From NCBI GenBank assembly GCA_025558095.1, contig JAIVFI010000015.1, positions 620,001 through 684,000 of the forward strand: a DNA stretch of 64,000 nucleotides, given 5' to 3'. Origin of the DNA: Hyaloraphidium curvatum SAG 235-1 (taxonomy: Eukaryota > Fungi > Monoblepharomycota). The translations under genes were made by a program, and so were the position numbers. Shown one piece after another: positions 1 through 11,699 of this stretch (within the stretch, counting starts at the first letter, position 1; every line of letters starts with the position of its first letter). Below the pieces are notes generated by a model, which was given only the letters and a program-made list of their open reading frames with translations, was not told the origin of the DNA and searched no databases.

Positions 1-50
1 CGCAGACGCGGATCCTGGAGGGCGAGCCGGACTGGTACGCGCCTTTCTGA
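1..50 (+). CDS. Probable 3' end of a gene entering from the left edge (…QTRILEGEPDWYAPF*)
   Basis: GC3-rich codons ending in TGA at 48-50, followed by a less coding-like spacer. Too short to identify. Confidence 0.35.
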   Translation, partial: QTRILEGEPDWYAPF

Positions 51-281
51 GCGGGGCGGTGCACGGGGTCCGGGTGGATAAGGGGGCTTTGAGGGAAGAC
101 ATAGGCCGTTGGCTTCAATGAGCGTATAGAGCCAGCCGGCCCGTGTCGGCGATTACATGTCTGGGCTTCCGTCCGGGGTCCGCGTGCCGGGTCGGCCCCG
201 GCCCATGTGAGATTGATTCGATCTTGAAATGAAGACGGATTGAGGTGCTTCTGTACCGCCAAGTCATCGAGCGATCACTTC

Positions 282-2323
282 TCATAGTTTAGGTTTCTTT
301 TGAAGTTGGTTGTTGGTACAAACGCCGAACGAAAAGCCCGACGCCATGGCAAGCGTCTGGTCCCGCTTCGACCGGAAGCGTTTGTCGAGCACGTGGCGGC
401 GGAGTCCGCCGCCATCGAGGAGCTCCGCCGCCGCGGCGGCGGCGGTGCCGTGCGCGCGGGCGAGCTGCCCGAGTGCGCGCAGCGCATCCTCCTGCTGATG
501 CGGCCCGCCGGCGCCCTGGGAAACGGCGACGTCGCGGAGCTCGGCGGCTGCGCGGCTCCCGGCCTGGGGCACCGCGCCCGAGGCGCTCGTCGCCGAGCTC
601 TTCCTGGACTGCTTCCGCGCCTCGTTCGGCTTCGTCCGCGCCTGCCTTTTCGACTTGCAGACGCGTACTCCAAGGTCAAGCGAGAGAAGCAGGGGCACGG
701 TCCGCTGGCGGGGCCAAAAGACCACGATCGCGGACTGGAACCAATGCGTCAACGTCGCGGTGTCCTGGATGATGCGTCAGGGGAAAGACGCACGATCTCT
801 CGCTCGCCGGCAAATACCTTGTCGTATTCCTTCTCGTCCGGATCTTCGCCGAACAGGTCGCCGACTGCCGTTCCGATGAGCTCCCGATCGAGGTCGACGT
901 TCAGCTTGCGCGGCAACATGGCGAGACCGCCGTCGGGTGCGACGTTGATCCAATGGAGCGTCCCCAGCTCGGTCTCCTCCAGCTCCGTGATGCTCGCTCC
1001 GCCCGGGTAGGAATCGTCGTCCGAGTCGACGTCGTAGTAGCCCAACAGGTCTGTGTAGCCCCGCCTCATGGGGCTCCAGTCCGTGTACCCCCTTTCCGTC
1101 CTTTCCATCAGGACCACGTGCACGCCAAACAAATAGTCGCCTTCAGGCCCCGAGGCGCTCGCGAGAAAGCCGACGACGGCCTTGTCGGCCCCCTTCAGGG
1201 CCGAGTACTCGATCTTGTCCTCCACGTACTCGCCCCGGAGCGCAAACGCCAGCTTGCCGCACCCTTCGCAGTCGGCAAGCCATTCCTAAGCCGCCTGGAT
1301 CAGTCTGGGCAACTGCAGCACCGCCGCGCTCCCCGATAGGCTCGGCGGCGAGCCCTCCGTGGTCCTGACCAGGACTTACACCAGTGCGAGGCGCATGCCG
1401 GTACGCAGAGGCTTGACGGCCACCCGGCATTCCGAAAAGAACGCCGTAAAGTACATCTGATCCGCAGAGCATTCCGACGAGTCGAAGCTGTCCTCCTTCG
1501 GTCCGTACGCGACGACCATATCGCCCCCCGTGTGCTCGGCGGGGAGCTGCACGAGGAGAGACGCGAAACCGTCCACAGCTTCTCCGCCGAGCCGATGTCG
1601 AAAGTCGCACCCGGCCTCGAAAAGCAGGAGATCGCGGAGGCGTGCCTGGACCCCGAGCTTGCCCCTGTCCAGGTGAAAGGTGTCGCAAACGCTCTGAACG
1701 ACGTTCAAAAACTCTCCGTCCCAGCCGGGCCCGCCAACAACGACTCTTTCGGCCGGAATGCTCGAAGGTCCGCCCACGTCCTTTCCAATGCCTGTGACTG
1801 CAGCTCCCCCGCCGGCAAGTGCCGCCTTCGCGGGGGATACGACGGTCGCGGCCTGCTCGCGGCACAGCGGGAATGCGAGCCGGCCGACACCCTCGACCGA
1901 GACGGCGGGAGGCCTCAACGCAGGCAAAGGGCCCCCGCAAACAAAGTCCAGGCCGGAGCCGTCCTCAGCGACGGCCTCCAGGGCGGCCACAATGTCCTGC
2001 TCGTAAGGCCGCAGGGTCCGGGCCGGGGCCGCGTCCTCGCTCTGGGCGTCCCACTCCACGGCGTCTTCCTCCTTGTCGAGAACCTCGTCGTCCTCTTCCT
2101 CATTGGCGACGTCGTTGCCCTCGTCCTCCTCGTCTTCTCCGGCGAGCTCCTCGGGCCCGTCGTGTCCGTCCGGGGCTCCTTCCTCTTGAGCGACGCGGTC
2201 CGCAACCGCGTTCGGTTCCGCGGTCAGAACGTCCGAGCGCTGCTTCAGACCCCGCGGCTGCACGGCTTCGGCATCTGCGCCGTCACCCGCCGGGCTACGA
2301 GGCGGCGACAACGCGGTGAGCAT
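282..2323 (-). pseudogene. 2OG-Fe(II) oxygenase-superfamily protein, degenerate (probable pseudogene or catalytically dead)
   Basis: Family-like segments VEGVGRLAFPLCREQA, LLLFEAG, FASLLVQLPAEHTGG, AFFSEC…VKPLRTGMRLALV, LKGADK and THWFQSAIVVFWPR. One frame runs through TAA (1376-1378) and TAG (1286-1288). A 29-nt GT-AG intron at 765-793 joins the last exon. Confidence 0.7.
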
Positions 2324-2594
2324 CGGAGATTCGGGGTCGTGTCACGGTCCGCCTCTACGGCGGTCGCACAAGCGCGAGGTGATCGACGGATCGACCGCAG
2401 CGGACGGCTCCCAGAGAATTGATTCGAACCGCGAGGCTGCCTTGATCCCGCATCCTAGTTTTCAAGACGAATCAGGGCTCGCTTGCGCGGTGACGGCACT
2501 TCCCCATCGCTCCACGACTCCACGCGAGGAGTGTCTCCCAACCCCAACTCCCAGCAATCACATCGCCCCCCCGAGCCCTACCAAACACACCGCG

Positions 2595-3656
2595 ATGGAC
2601 AGCAAACTCCACGGTTGGAGCGCGTTGGTTACCGGCGGCGGCTCAGGTGGGCCGGAAACGTCCCGTCCCCGAGATTCGCTCGTGACGCTCCGCGCGTGCA
2701 GGGATCGGTCTCGCCGGCGCGCGGGCGCTGCTTCGGGCTGGGTGCACGGTGACCATCAGCGGACGCTCCGAAGAGCGACTGAAGAAGGGCGTCGAGTCGC
2801 TGGCGGCCGACGTGCCCAACTTGGACCCGAAACCTGGTGTTTTCGCAGTGGCCGCGGACGCGTCGAACGAGGAGGACGTCAAGCGGGCCATCAAGGCCGC
2901 CTACGACAACGGGGGTGGGAAGCTGAACATCCTCGTGATGTCGGCCGGCGGCGGCGATCCTGAGCGGAGCGAGGTCCTCGCGCTCCTGGCCAACACGTCC
3001 ATGGGCTCCTTCGAGCGGACCCTTTCGCTCAACCTGACCTCGTCGTTCCTGGGCATCAAGCACGCGGCGCCTTACATGAGGGCGTCATTGCCGCCCAGGG
3101 AGGGTCCGCGGCCGCAGACCGCCAGCATCGTTTGCCTGAGTTCGATCGCGGGCTCGAAGCGGCACGAGCATCTCGGACCGTACAGCATTGCCAAGGCCGG
3201 AATCGATCAGCTGGTCAGGAACGCGGCTGGCGAGCTGGGGAAGTACGGCATTCGGTGGGTTTCGACTGTGTGATTTCTCTCGACCGCGGCGTTGATCCTT
3301 GGTGAAAGTGTGAACTCTGTTCAACCTGGTCTGGTTCCGACGGAGGCCGCCGCGGGCCTTGCCGGCGATCCCGATACCGTGAACGACTACTTGGACAACA
3401 TGCCGCTCGGAAGGGTCGGCGACGTTGACGATTGCGGAGGTGTGTCTCCATTCCGCGCGAATCCGAGGCAATTGCTGATCTAAGCTACGTAACAGACCTC
3501 ATCCGGTTTCTTGCCGGCCCCGAGAGCTCTTGGATCACTGGGGCGACCATACCAGTCGACGGCGGCCATCACATGGAGCGCGGCCCGCGGCTGCACGTGC
3601 TGGCGTCGAAGTTCATGGGACCGCAGGTCACGGAGATGCCGGAGATGCCCAAGTAG
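2595..3656 (+). CDS. Short-chain dehydrogenase/reductase (SDR), 4 exons
   Basis: TGGGSG|IG Rossmann motif across intron 2647-2701, SSIAG, YSIAK catalytic motif, R|VNSVQPG, WITGATIPVDGG. Confidence 0.92.
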
Positions 3657-3775
3657 CTTCAAAATAGAATCTTCTTCAGTCGTTGTTCTCGGTGGAACGG
3701 TGGAAACGCCTCGCCTTGCGCCCCCATCACCGCCCCACTTTTGGGACAGGCGGCAACTACCATTCACGCGGCTCA

Positions 3776-4843
3776 ATGGGTTCCGAAGCCGTCATAGACA
3801 CGCTGCCGGACGGCCCTCCGTCGCGGGCGCGGAAGCCTTCCATTAGCGGCGTCCCGGCGGCGCACCTGCCGCCCAAGACGCCCTCGGACCCGCGCTCGCC
3901 CGACATCTCGCCGCCGCTCCCCGACCCGGCGCGGATCAAGCTCGTCGTCTCGGACGTCGACGGCACGCTGCTAGATCCGCATCACGAGCTGACGGAGGGG
4001 ACGGCGCGCACGATCCGGAAGCTGCTCGCGGCCAGGCCGGATTTGCGGTTCGTGATCTGCACGGGCAAGGCGCGGCCCGCCACGCTCGGGATCCGGGAGA
4101 GGCTGGGGCTGGACGAAGGCAGGAACGCCGGCCGCCATCCTTCGATCCACACGAACGGCTGCGTCACCTATTCGGGCGACGGGAAGGTGCTCAAGGAAAC
4201 GACAATCGCCAAGTCGGTCGGCGACTGGCTTCTCCGCCTCGTGGAAGGCTACCCGTCGGGCAAGCCGGACCCGCTGCTTGCTCAGCTGACGCTGGCGCCC
4301 TACGTCGGCGACGTCGTGCGGGTCAGCCGCGCGTCGCGGTTCGCTGACCTGCTCCGGGACGCGTACGGCGAGACGGTCCTCGTCCACTCGGACGATCAAA
4401 AGGACGAGGACATGGGCACGGCGGAATACCATGCCCGCCTCTCGGACGGCTCCATTGCGCCGAACAAGTGGTGCATCTGCGGCGAGGATGCCCCGCTGGA
4501 CGCGTTCCGGGACCTGTTCCTCCGGGAGGACGGCGTGCCGCCCGAGCTGCGCGGCCTGTTCACGCTGACCGAGGCCGTGCCGCACATCTTGGAGCTATGC
4601 CCGCCGACGACCTCCAAGGGGACTGCGCTGCAGGAGCTCCTCGGGTCGATGGGGCTCGAGCCGGACGAGTGCCTGGCGTGTGGGGACGGGGACAACGATG
4701 CGCCCATGTTCGAGGTCGCGGGGTACTCGACGGCGATGAAAAAGTCGATGCGGAGGGCACGGGAGCTGGCCACGTGGTGGGAGCCGCACGGGAACGGCGA
4801 GGACGGGCTGGCAAAGTGGCTCGAGGCCATGTTCCAGCTGTGA
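3776..4843 (+). CDS. Cof-type (subfamily IIB) HAD hydrolase
   Basis: Motif I SDVDGTLLD, motif II CTGK, motif III SKG, motif IV GDGDNDAPMF. Intronless. Confidence 0.92.
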   Translation: MGSEAVIDTLPDGPPSRARKPSISGVPAAHLPPKTPSDPRSPDISPPLPDPARIKLVVSDVDGTLLDPHHELTEGTARTIRKLLAARPDLRFVICTGKARPATLGIRERLGLDEGRNAGRHPSIHTNGCVTYSGDGKVLKETTIAKSVGDWLLRLVEGYPSGKPDPLLAQLTLAPYVGDVVRVSRASRFADLLRDAYGETVLVHSDDQKDEDMGTAEYHARLSDGSIAPNKWCICGEDAPLDAFRDLFLREDGVPPELRGLFTLTEAVPHILELCPPTTSKGTALQELLGSMGLEPDECLACGDGDNDAPMFEVAGYSTAMKKSMRRARELATWWEPHGNGEDGLAKWLEAMFQL

Positions 4844-4962
4844 TAGAAACACAGTTCTTCATTCCTCCTCCTCCGGTGGCCAGTCAACCGAACAACAACA
4901 TTCGACGGAATAGCGACACAGGACGCACGTGTCCGCCCGCCTTCGACAACTGTACAACAGAC

Positions 4963-6652
4963 TCACATCATGGCCGCGCTCACGGCGGCCATCCCAATGC
5001 CCGCCAGCACCGTCTTGGCGATGTTGCCCCAGGGCAGTGACCCGACCGGCACCCTGAATCCGTCCTTCTCCAGCAGCCCGCCCACCGCGTCCTCGAACCT
5101 CGCCGCGAGCGAAGGGTAGAAGCCCGCCGCGAGGGCGGCGCTCTCCCTCCCGACAACGGCGGCCGCCGCGCGCACCTTGAGCCCGCCTTCGGGGATCCGC
5201 GGGGGCAGCGAGCCGAACGCCGCCTCGGCCGCGGCGCTCATCTGCCGCGCCAGGATCAGGTCGTGCGTGCGCTTGGCCGCCGAAAAGGCGTGCAGCGACA
5301 GGGCCAGCACAACGTAGACCGCGGCCACCTTGAGCGAGGCGTCGGGGCGGCCCACGGACCACAGCGGCTTGTGCGCCGCGGCGGAGGCGCCGGGCGTGTT
5401 GATGGCCAGGGGCTCGTTGGTGCCGTGGTTGGGCGTCAGGGGGCGGCGGAAGCCGAACTTGATCTCGTCCGGGGTCTGCGTGCGCACGCGCTCGGCCTCC
5501 TCCTCGGAGCCGAGGAGGCCGCCCGAGGACCAGAAGCCCGACGCGATGGCCTGCTCGACGAGGATGCCGAGCTCCGTGGCCAGGTAGACGCCGAGCATGC
5601 GGTTGATGACGGCCATGCGCTTGCCCGATTCGAGCACGCACATGCTGGCGGCCGCCGCCGCGGCGAAGAAGTAGGCGACGCGGTGGCGGTCCACGGGCTT
5701 GGGAACCACGTTGCACATGAGGAAGCGGTGCACCAGCATATGGATCGATAGGTAGAGTGTCGAGCGGACCGCGGGGCCGACCAGCGTCGTCGAAATCCAG
5801 TTGAGCGACGAGGCGATCGGATCTCCGGCCGCTGCTCGCGACGCGCCCGACGACGGCTTGCGCCGCAGGTACGAAAGAACGAGCGAGGCCGCGGTGCGGA
5901 CCAGGTAGAAGCGCGCGTAGAGGTTGGCGATCCTGACGACGGTCTCCTTCCACTCGTCCTGCTGGGCCTCCACGCAGTTCTTGAGCGGGCTGTGGAGGTC
6001 CGAGCAGTACCGGATGCGCTGGTAGGTGATGGACCCCGTCGGGTAGGTGATGAGGTCCAGGAACCGGCGGTACTTGGGCGTGAAGGTGTACTGTCGGAGT
6101 CGGGCGGGAGCCGTCAGCGAGACCATCCAGACTCCCAGCGACCCGGCAGAGCACTCACAGCGGATGTCGTGTGCATGGTCACGAGCATCAAGGGGCCTGG
6201 ACGGAAACGATCCAGAGTGAGCCGGGGGACGTCAGGGGAGACGCAACAGCGAAACACAGAGGCCGCCCGGATCCCCGGCATTCTGCCTCCGCAGCCCTCC
6301 GCAAGCACGCCTACCCACATAAAATGCCGGCAAACAGCGCCCTGTGCCCGTTCTCGCTCAGCTTGGCCAGCGGCACGAGGTCGAGTGCCACCAGATGCCA
6401 AGCCAGGAACCGCAGCTTCTTTGCGGTGAGCGGGTGGCCGGGGTGGAACGGCGTGTTCGGGTACTTGATCTTCTCCTTCGGCGGCGCGCTGGCCGGGCGC
6501 ACGAGCGGCGGCGGCCGGGGCGCCGGCGCGAGCAGCGGCAGCGGGGCCGGGCCGTCGGGCGGCGGCGGAGTGCCGAGCCTGAGCGTCATCAGCGCGCGCG
6601 ACGCCGGGTCGGCCGGCTGCGGCGCGGTGACGGACGCGTCGCTGGAGGACAT
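4963..6652 (-). CDS. TMEM135/PXMP4-like multi-pass membrane protein, 3 exons
   Basis: ORF 6311-6652 splices via a short exon (CPLMLVTMHTTSA) into ORF 4963-6126 at YTFTPKYRRFL. Pattern AVRSTLYLS…RFLMC…AAAAASMCVLESGKR resembles TMEM135. Confidence 0.55.
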
Positions 6653-7088
6653 CGCGGCGAGGCGAGTGCGCTTCGGGGCGGGAAATCGCTCTCCCCGAGT
6701 TTGGGGCCGGTCGGCTGTTCGCTGGCCTGTGATCGTCGGTCGGTGGCGGTGCCGCCCAATCTGCCGACGAAAGGAAACTGGCCGCCGCGTCCGTTGATGC
6801 GGTCAGCAGAAGATGGGCGGCCGAACTGGTTCTGATCATTCTCCGAAGCGGAACTGAATGTACGCGGGCGTCAGGTGGGACTTGGCACTCGCCGAAAGAA
6901 GTCAAGACGAGTCAGGAATTTACCAAGTCAGTCAAGTATAGTATGGCGGGTCGACACGGCACTACAGTTGCCGAATTCTCGTTTCAATTAGAATGTTGTC
7001 TCATTCTCGCTTCCTGGTGGTGCTTGTTCCATGAAGGAGTGATTCACTCGGGTCGTGCAACCCCCCGCGTGACCACACCTCGCCCGGC

Positions 7089-8672
7089 ATGCCTCGGCGG
7101 ACACGAAACTCGAAGAGCGGCACTTCGGAGGCCACGCGAGATGAAGCTCCGCGCCGGGTGGAGCTGCCCACGGAGCTGTCCGACCGCATCTGCGACTTCC
7201 TTACGGAGGACCCGTGCGATGCGCTCGCGTTGCACCGCTTTCCGCTCGGAAACAAGGTTTACGCGTGTCGGTGCCGCTCGTCCGACCTCAGCCATCTGCT
7301 GTCCCTGCTCGTGGTCTCGCGAGAGTGGTTCAGCGTCGCTGCGCGCCGGATCTGGCGTCACCTCTGCTTCATGGAAGACCGTCGATTCGGAAGCGACGTC
7401 GACCTCACGGATCCCATCCTAGACGCTCTGGAGTCTCCTCGTGGGCAGCAGTACGCTGCTTGCGTTCAGATGCTCGCCGTGGAGCTCGACGAGACCACCG
7501 CCGCCTTCTCTCGCCGCCTCGCCGCGGTCGTCCCCCACATGACCGACCTGTCTGTGCTCTACCTGGACGGAGGTGGCGATTGGATCGAAAGCAAGGGCAT
7601 GGAGCGCCTCTGGATGGCGGCGCGCGGGCTGCCGCTGCTGGGCCTCGTCGTCAGAGCCACTCCTCCCCCCGCGATCCTCGTGGCAGGACTCCGGACGTGG
7701 ACCACACTGCAGAGCCTCGATCTCCCTTGCGGATTCCATAGCAACGAACTGGCGCCGGACATGGGCTTCGGCAAGGCCCTGGCGGGCTCGGCGCCGGACA
7801 CCCTGCGGAGCATCTCGATCAGCGGAGCCTTTCCGGAAGTCGACCTCGTGAAGCTGCTGGACAAGCTCATCCAACTCAAGAGCTTGACTTTGGGAGTGCC
7901 AAGCTGGATTTCCGCTTCTTTTGCCGCGGCTTTGGGCAGGGCCTTGACACGAGGTCTCAATCGGCTGGTCTTGACTTCACTTGCTACTCGCGCTGCTGGG
8001 CCCCCTGAAGCTGGGCCTTCCGACGAGGTCCAGATCCAGCTCTTTGATTCTCTGCGGGGACCGGAGCTGGAGGTGCTGGTTCTGGGGAATTTTGATCTGT
8101 CTGACGCCGTTGCTGCCCGGCTCGGGGAGGCAATCAATGCCAACACTCGGCTCGGGACACTTAGCTTGCGCAATACGTCTTTTACGGTGAGGAACCCGGG
8201 CCGAGAATGATAGATGGCCGTTGAACCAGAGTTCTGCCAGGCTCAGATCATCTCGGCGATGGATCCACCCGAGCACCTCACCGACCTTTTGCTCTGCGAA
8301 ACGTCCCACGGCACCCTTCTCCCCCTCCTCCTCTCCCGCCTCCCTCGCCTGGCAAGGCTCGACCTGACCGAGGTGGCCGTTCGCACCGCCGATCTCGCTG
8401 CGATCGGCCGGCACCCCACCCTGAGCTCCCTCTCCATCATGTGCGGGACGTTCCGGCCGTACCAGGTCCGCGCGATGCTCAGGGCGAATCCGCGCATCCG
8501 GAAGGTGGAGGTCGGAGGGGAATGGTACGAGTGGGGTGCGTTCGTGGAGGAGAGGGCGCCGTACGGACAGGACGTCTCCTGGTTTTCGGAGGAGTGGGGT
8601 GAGGAGCCGGATTATTCGTCCGACGAGGAAGCACCGCCCGAGTGGGAGTTTTCAGAGTCCGATTGGGAGTGA
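7089..8672 (+). CDS. F-box-like / RNI-like leucine-rich-repeat protein, 2 exons
   Basis: N-terminal LPTELSDRICDFL, repeated LxxLxL units, intron 8187-8240 (gtgagg…ccag) bridging ORFs 7089-8210 and 8214-8672, acidic tail. Confidence 0.7.
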
Positions 8673-8914
8673 GATTTCTGTGCACTGTTGTACGGGCACC
8701 AGCTTGAGTGATGTAGCATGCGCGAGTAGATCTTACAACCTGACATTTGACCTCGGTACATGCGACTGAAGACGCAGTCGCGGCCGAGCTTCATGAAACC
8801 CGGCCTGAGCGCGGAAATCGTCGGCGATGGGCGGGGTCAGCATCGGCGGGCGGCTGGAGAATGTCGGCAAACAAGGCCCAAACACAGGCAAATTCGCGCC
8901 CCGTCGCCGCCGCC

Positions 8915-10433
8915 ATGCCCGCCTCGGGAGTTCGGCTCTTCTTCGGCGGGCTCGTGCTGCTGTTGGTCTGCTCCGTTGCGGGCGCGCAGTCGCCGACAGA
9001 GGCGACGGCTACGGCGCAACCTCCTCCGACGGGGAGCCCCTGGAGCGAATGGCGGTGCCTTTCGCTCTGCGCGCCCGTCACCGGGGCGGACCGCGGCTCC
9101 ATCTACGTCCGTCGCAATGGCCTCGAGGTGGCCTGCCTCGCACTGCCGGGCACCAGCGAGTGCGAGTGGCATTCGGATTCCGCGTGCCGCGACGACGGCG
9201 AGCCGCCCAAAGCCGACGACCCGATGGTCCTCTGCTCGGAGAAGTCGAAGCGCACGCCGGGACACTGGTGTTTCGAGGCCAACTGGGTGCTCGTGCGCGG
9301 CCTCGTCTCGCACTGCAACACCACCGCGGTCTCGAGCACGGTGACCATGTCCAAGGGCACGCCGGTGTACGTGCCCGCGGCAATCATCCCCGAGACCAAC
9401 ACCGGGAGGTGCGGCATCGAGTTTGGCAGGAAGTGCCGCGCCGGAATCTGCTGCAGGTTTGTAGGCTGCCTTGAGATTCCGGCATCGTGGATCAGATCTG
9501 ACCACAGTTTGACTCCGCAGCCGCTGGGGCTACTGTGAGGACGATGGCGGCGACAGCGGTGCCGCCTGGTGTGGGCTCGGATGCCAGTTGGGGTACGGCA
9601 AATGCTGGGTGGAAGCCGAGACCACATCGACGGCGTCGCCAACGAGTCCGACTACTGCCTCGCCTCCGCCTCCACCTGGCACGACCACGACTGCGCAGGA
9701 GACCGAGGCGACTCCCACGTTGACGTACACCACCGGGTCGACCGTCAGCACCACTCTGTCGTCCTCGACCGCCGTCTACGCGCCTTGCACATTGCTGCCT
9801 TCGACGCCCAACGGCCGTTGCGGACCTGCCCACGGAAACGCGCGTTGCCCCGACAACCTGTGCTGCTCCGCAGCAGGTGAGCCACCGAAGGATTTGCGAC
9901 GTCCAGTTCTCCACTCACACAAGACGTTCGACAGGCTACTGCGAGGATGACGGAGGCGACAGCGGCGAGGCCTGGTGCGGACCCGGCTGCCAGCTCGGCT
10001 ACGGCAAATGCTTCTACGACGCGCAGCCGGCGACACGCACGACCTGCATGACCCCGACCTACCCCAAGGAAACGACGTCGGCCTTCACGCCCGTCCTCCG
10101 CGAATGCGAAACGATGCCCGAAACCAAGGACGGCAGGTGCGGATGGGAGTTTGCCACCAGGTGCCGTGTGGGCCTGTGTTGCAGGTTCGTTGATTGCGCT
10201 ATCGGAGAGGAGCTTCTCGGCTTACATTGCAGCAAATTGTAGCTCGATTGGCTACTGCGAGGACGATGGGGGCGACAGCGGAGAAGCCTGGTGCGGAGCC
10301 GGATGCCAGCAAGGTGAGCTACCCGACTGTACACCACGCCGTCCTTCGCTGACATCAGCCTGCAGGGTACGGCAAGTGCTTCCTCGACGGGCTGGAGGGG
10401 AAGAAGGTCGCCTGCCCCTGGTACTCGTCCTGA
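8915..10433 (+). CDS. Secreted protein with a Cys-rich N-domain and three chitin-binding CBM18 (hevein-like) domains, 5 exons
   Basis: Signal peptide (RLFFGGLVLLLVCSVAGA). Three GRCG…C…CCS..GYC…WCG.GCQ.GYGKC units with Thr/Ser-rich linkers, joined by four GT-AG introns. Alternative upstream ATG at 8861. Confidence 0.88.
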
Positions 10434-10550
10434 AGGGCCCCCCAAAGCGGCGACTGAGTGCAAGTGAGTGGTCTGCAGACGCGAGCAAGGCAAGGAATGG
10501 GTGATGCTGTGTACTGTTCAACGAATAAGATTGGAATTATCTACATGGAC

Positions 10551-11570
10551 CTAGAGCTCATCGCGTTCGACATGCTTGATCCTCGATTCCCGGCCCATCT
10601 TGCCGCTCTGATAGTCCTCAAAGGCCTGCATGAGCTCCGCCCGCGTGTTCATCACGAAGGGCCCAGCCCGCGCGACGGGTTCGGCGATAGGCTCGCCAAA
10701 CACAAGCAACGCGGCCACGGCTGCCTTTTCGAACCCCTTGACGCCCTCGCCGTGTGGAGCGGGGACGTCGACCTCAGCCGCGTCCTCGTCAGTGGTTATC
10801 TCGAGCTTGTCGCCCTCACCCAGGATCCCCACCACGCCTTCCGAGAGCACGGTATCGTTGCCGAACCTGCCGGCCCCGCGGAAGACGTAGGCCGTCCCGA
10901 CCTGGCCGCGCGGAACGTCGATGGTGACCTTGCCGCCGGCGCGGAGGCGGACGTCCATCATCGACACGGGAATGAGCGGCGAGATGGCGGCACCTTTCCC
11001 GGCGTGGCTGCCGGCGATGATCCTGACCGAGGAGAGCTCGTCCCTCACGACGGGCAAGGAAGCGGCGGGGATCTCGCTGTAGTTGGGCGGGATCATCTTG
11101 AGCCGCGCCGGCAGGTTGATCCAGATTTGGAAGCCCTCGACCGTGCCGCCCGTCCTCCGGAACTCTTCCTCCGAGTTGCCGCCGTGCACCACGCCGCGAC
11201 CGGCGATCATCCACTGCGCATCGCCAGGGTAGTTCACCGCAGAGTGGCCGGAGGAGCAGTGGTGCTGCAAAGCACCCTGCAAAAGGTATGAAACGGTAGA
11301 GAAACCACGGTGCGGGTGGTCGGGGGAGGGAAAGTCCTTTCCGGGCTCGATCTCGTAGGGGCCCATGTGGTCGTGGAGGAGAATGAGCCCTCCGAGATTG
11401 TCAAACGGCGGGCGGCGGACGGGGAAGCCGCCGCCTTCGAGCTGCTTGCGGGTCTTGATGACCTGACGAATGGCGCGGGAGACCATGTCGGCGTGGGTTA
11501 TTTGCGCGTCCGCGGCGACGAGGTAGGAGGCAGCGGCAATCAGGACGAGGCACGAGAGCAGGAGCTTCAT
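10551..11570 (-). CDS. Pirin (bicupin) family protein
   Basis: EGGGFPVRR, DHPHRGFSTVSY, QWMIAGRGVVH, GFQIWINLP, GPFVMNT. Start uncertain (11486, 11570 or 11675). Confidence 0.93.
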   Translation of the reverse strand: MKLLLSCLVLIAAASYLVAADAQITHADMVSRAIRQVIKTRKQLEGGGFPVRRPPFDNLGGLILLHDHMGPYEIEPGKDFPSPDHPHRGFSTVSYLLQGALQHHCSSGHSAVNYPGDAQWMIAGRGVVHGGNSEEEFRRTGGTVEGFQIWINLPARLKMIPPNYSEIPAASLPVVRDELSSVRIIAGSHAGKGAAISPLIPVSMMDVRLRAGGKVTIDVPRGQVGTAYVFRGAGRFGNDTVLSEGVVGILGEGDKLEITTDEDAAEVDVPAPHGEGVKGFEKAAVAALLVFGEPIAEPVARAGPFVMNTRAELMQAFEDYQSGKMGRESRIKHVERDEL

Positions 11571-11699
11571 CCACGCATTGGCTTTATACTGATTCGAAGC
11601 CGTTTCGCGAGCTTTCGTGGCGATGGGCCGTTTTCCCGGCAAGAAAGTCCCTTGCCTCCCTGTCGCCGCCGCCACCCAGGGTCCCGACTCTGGAAGATA

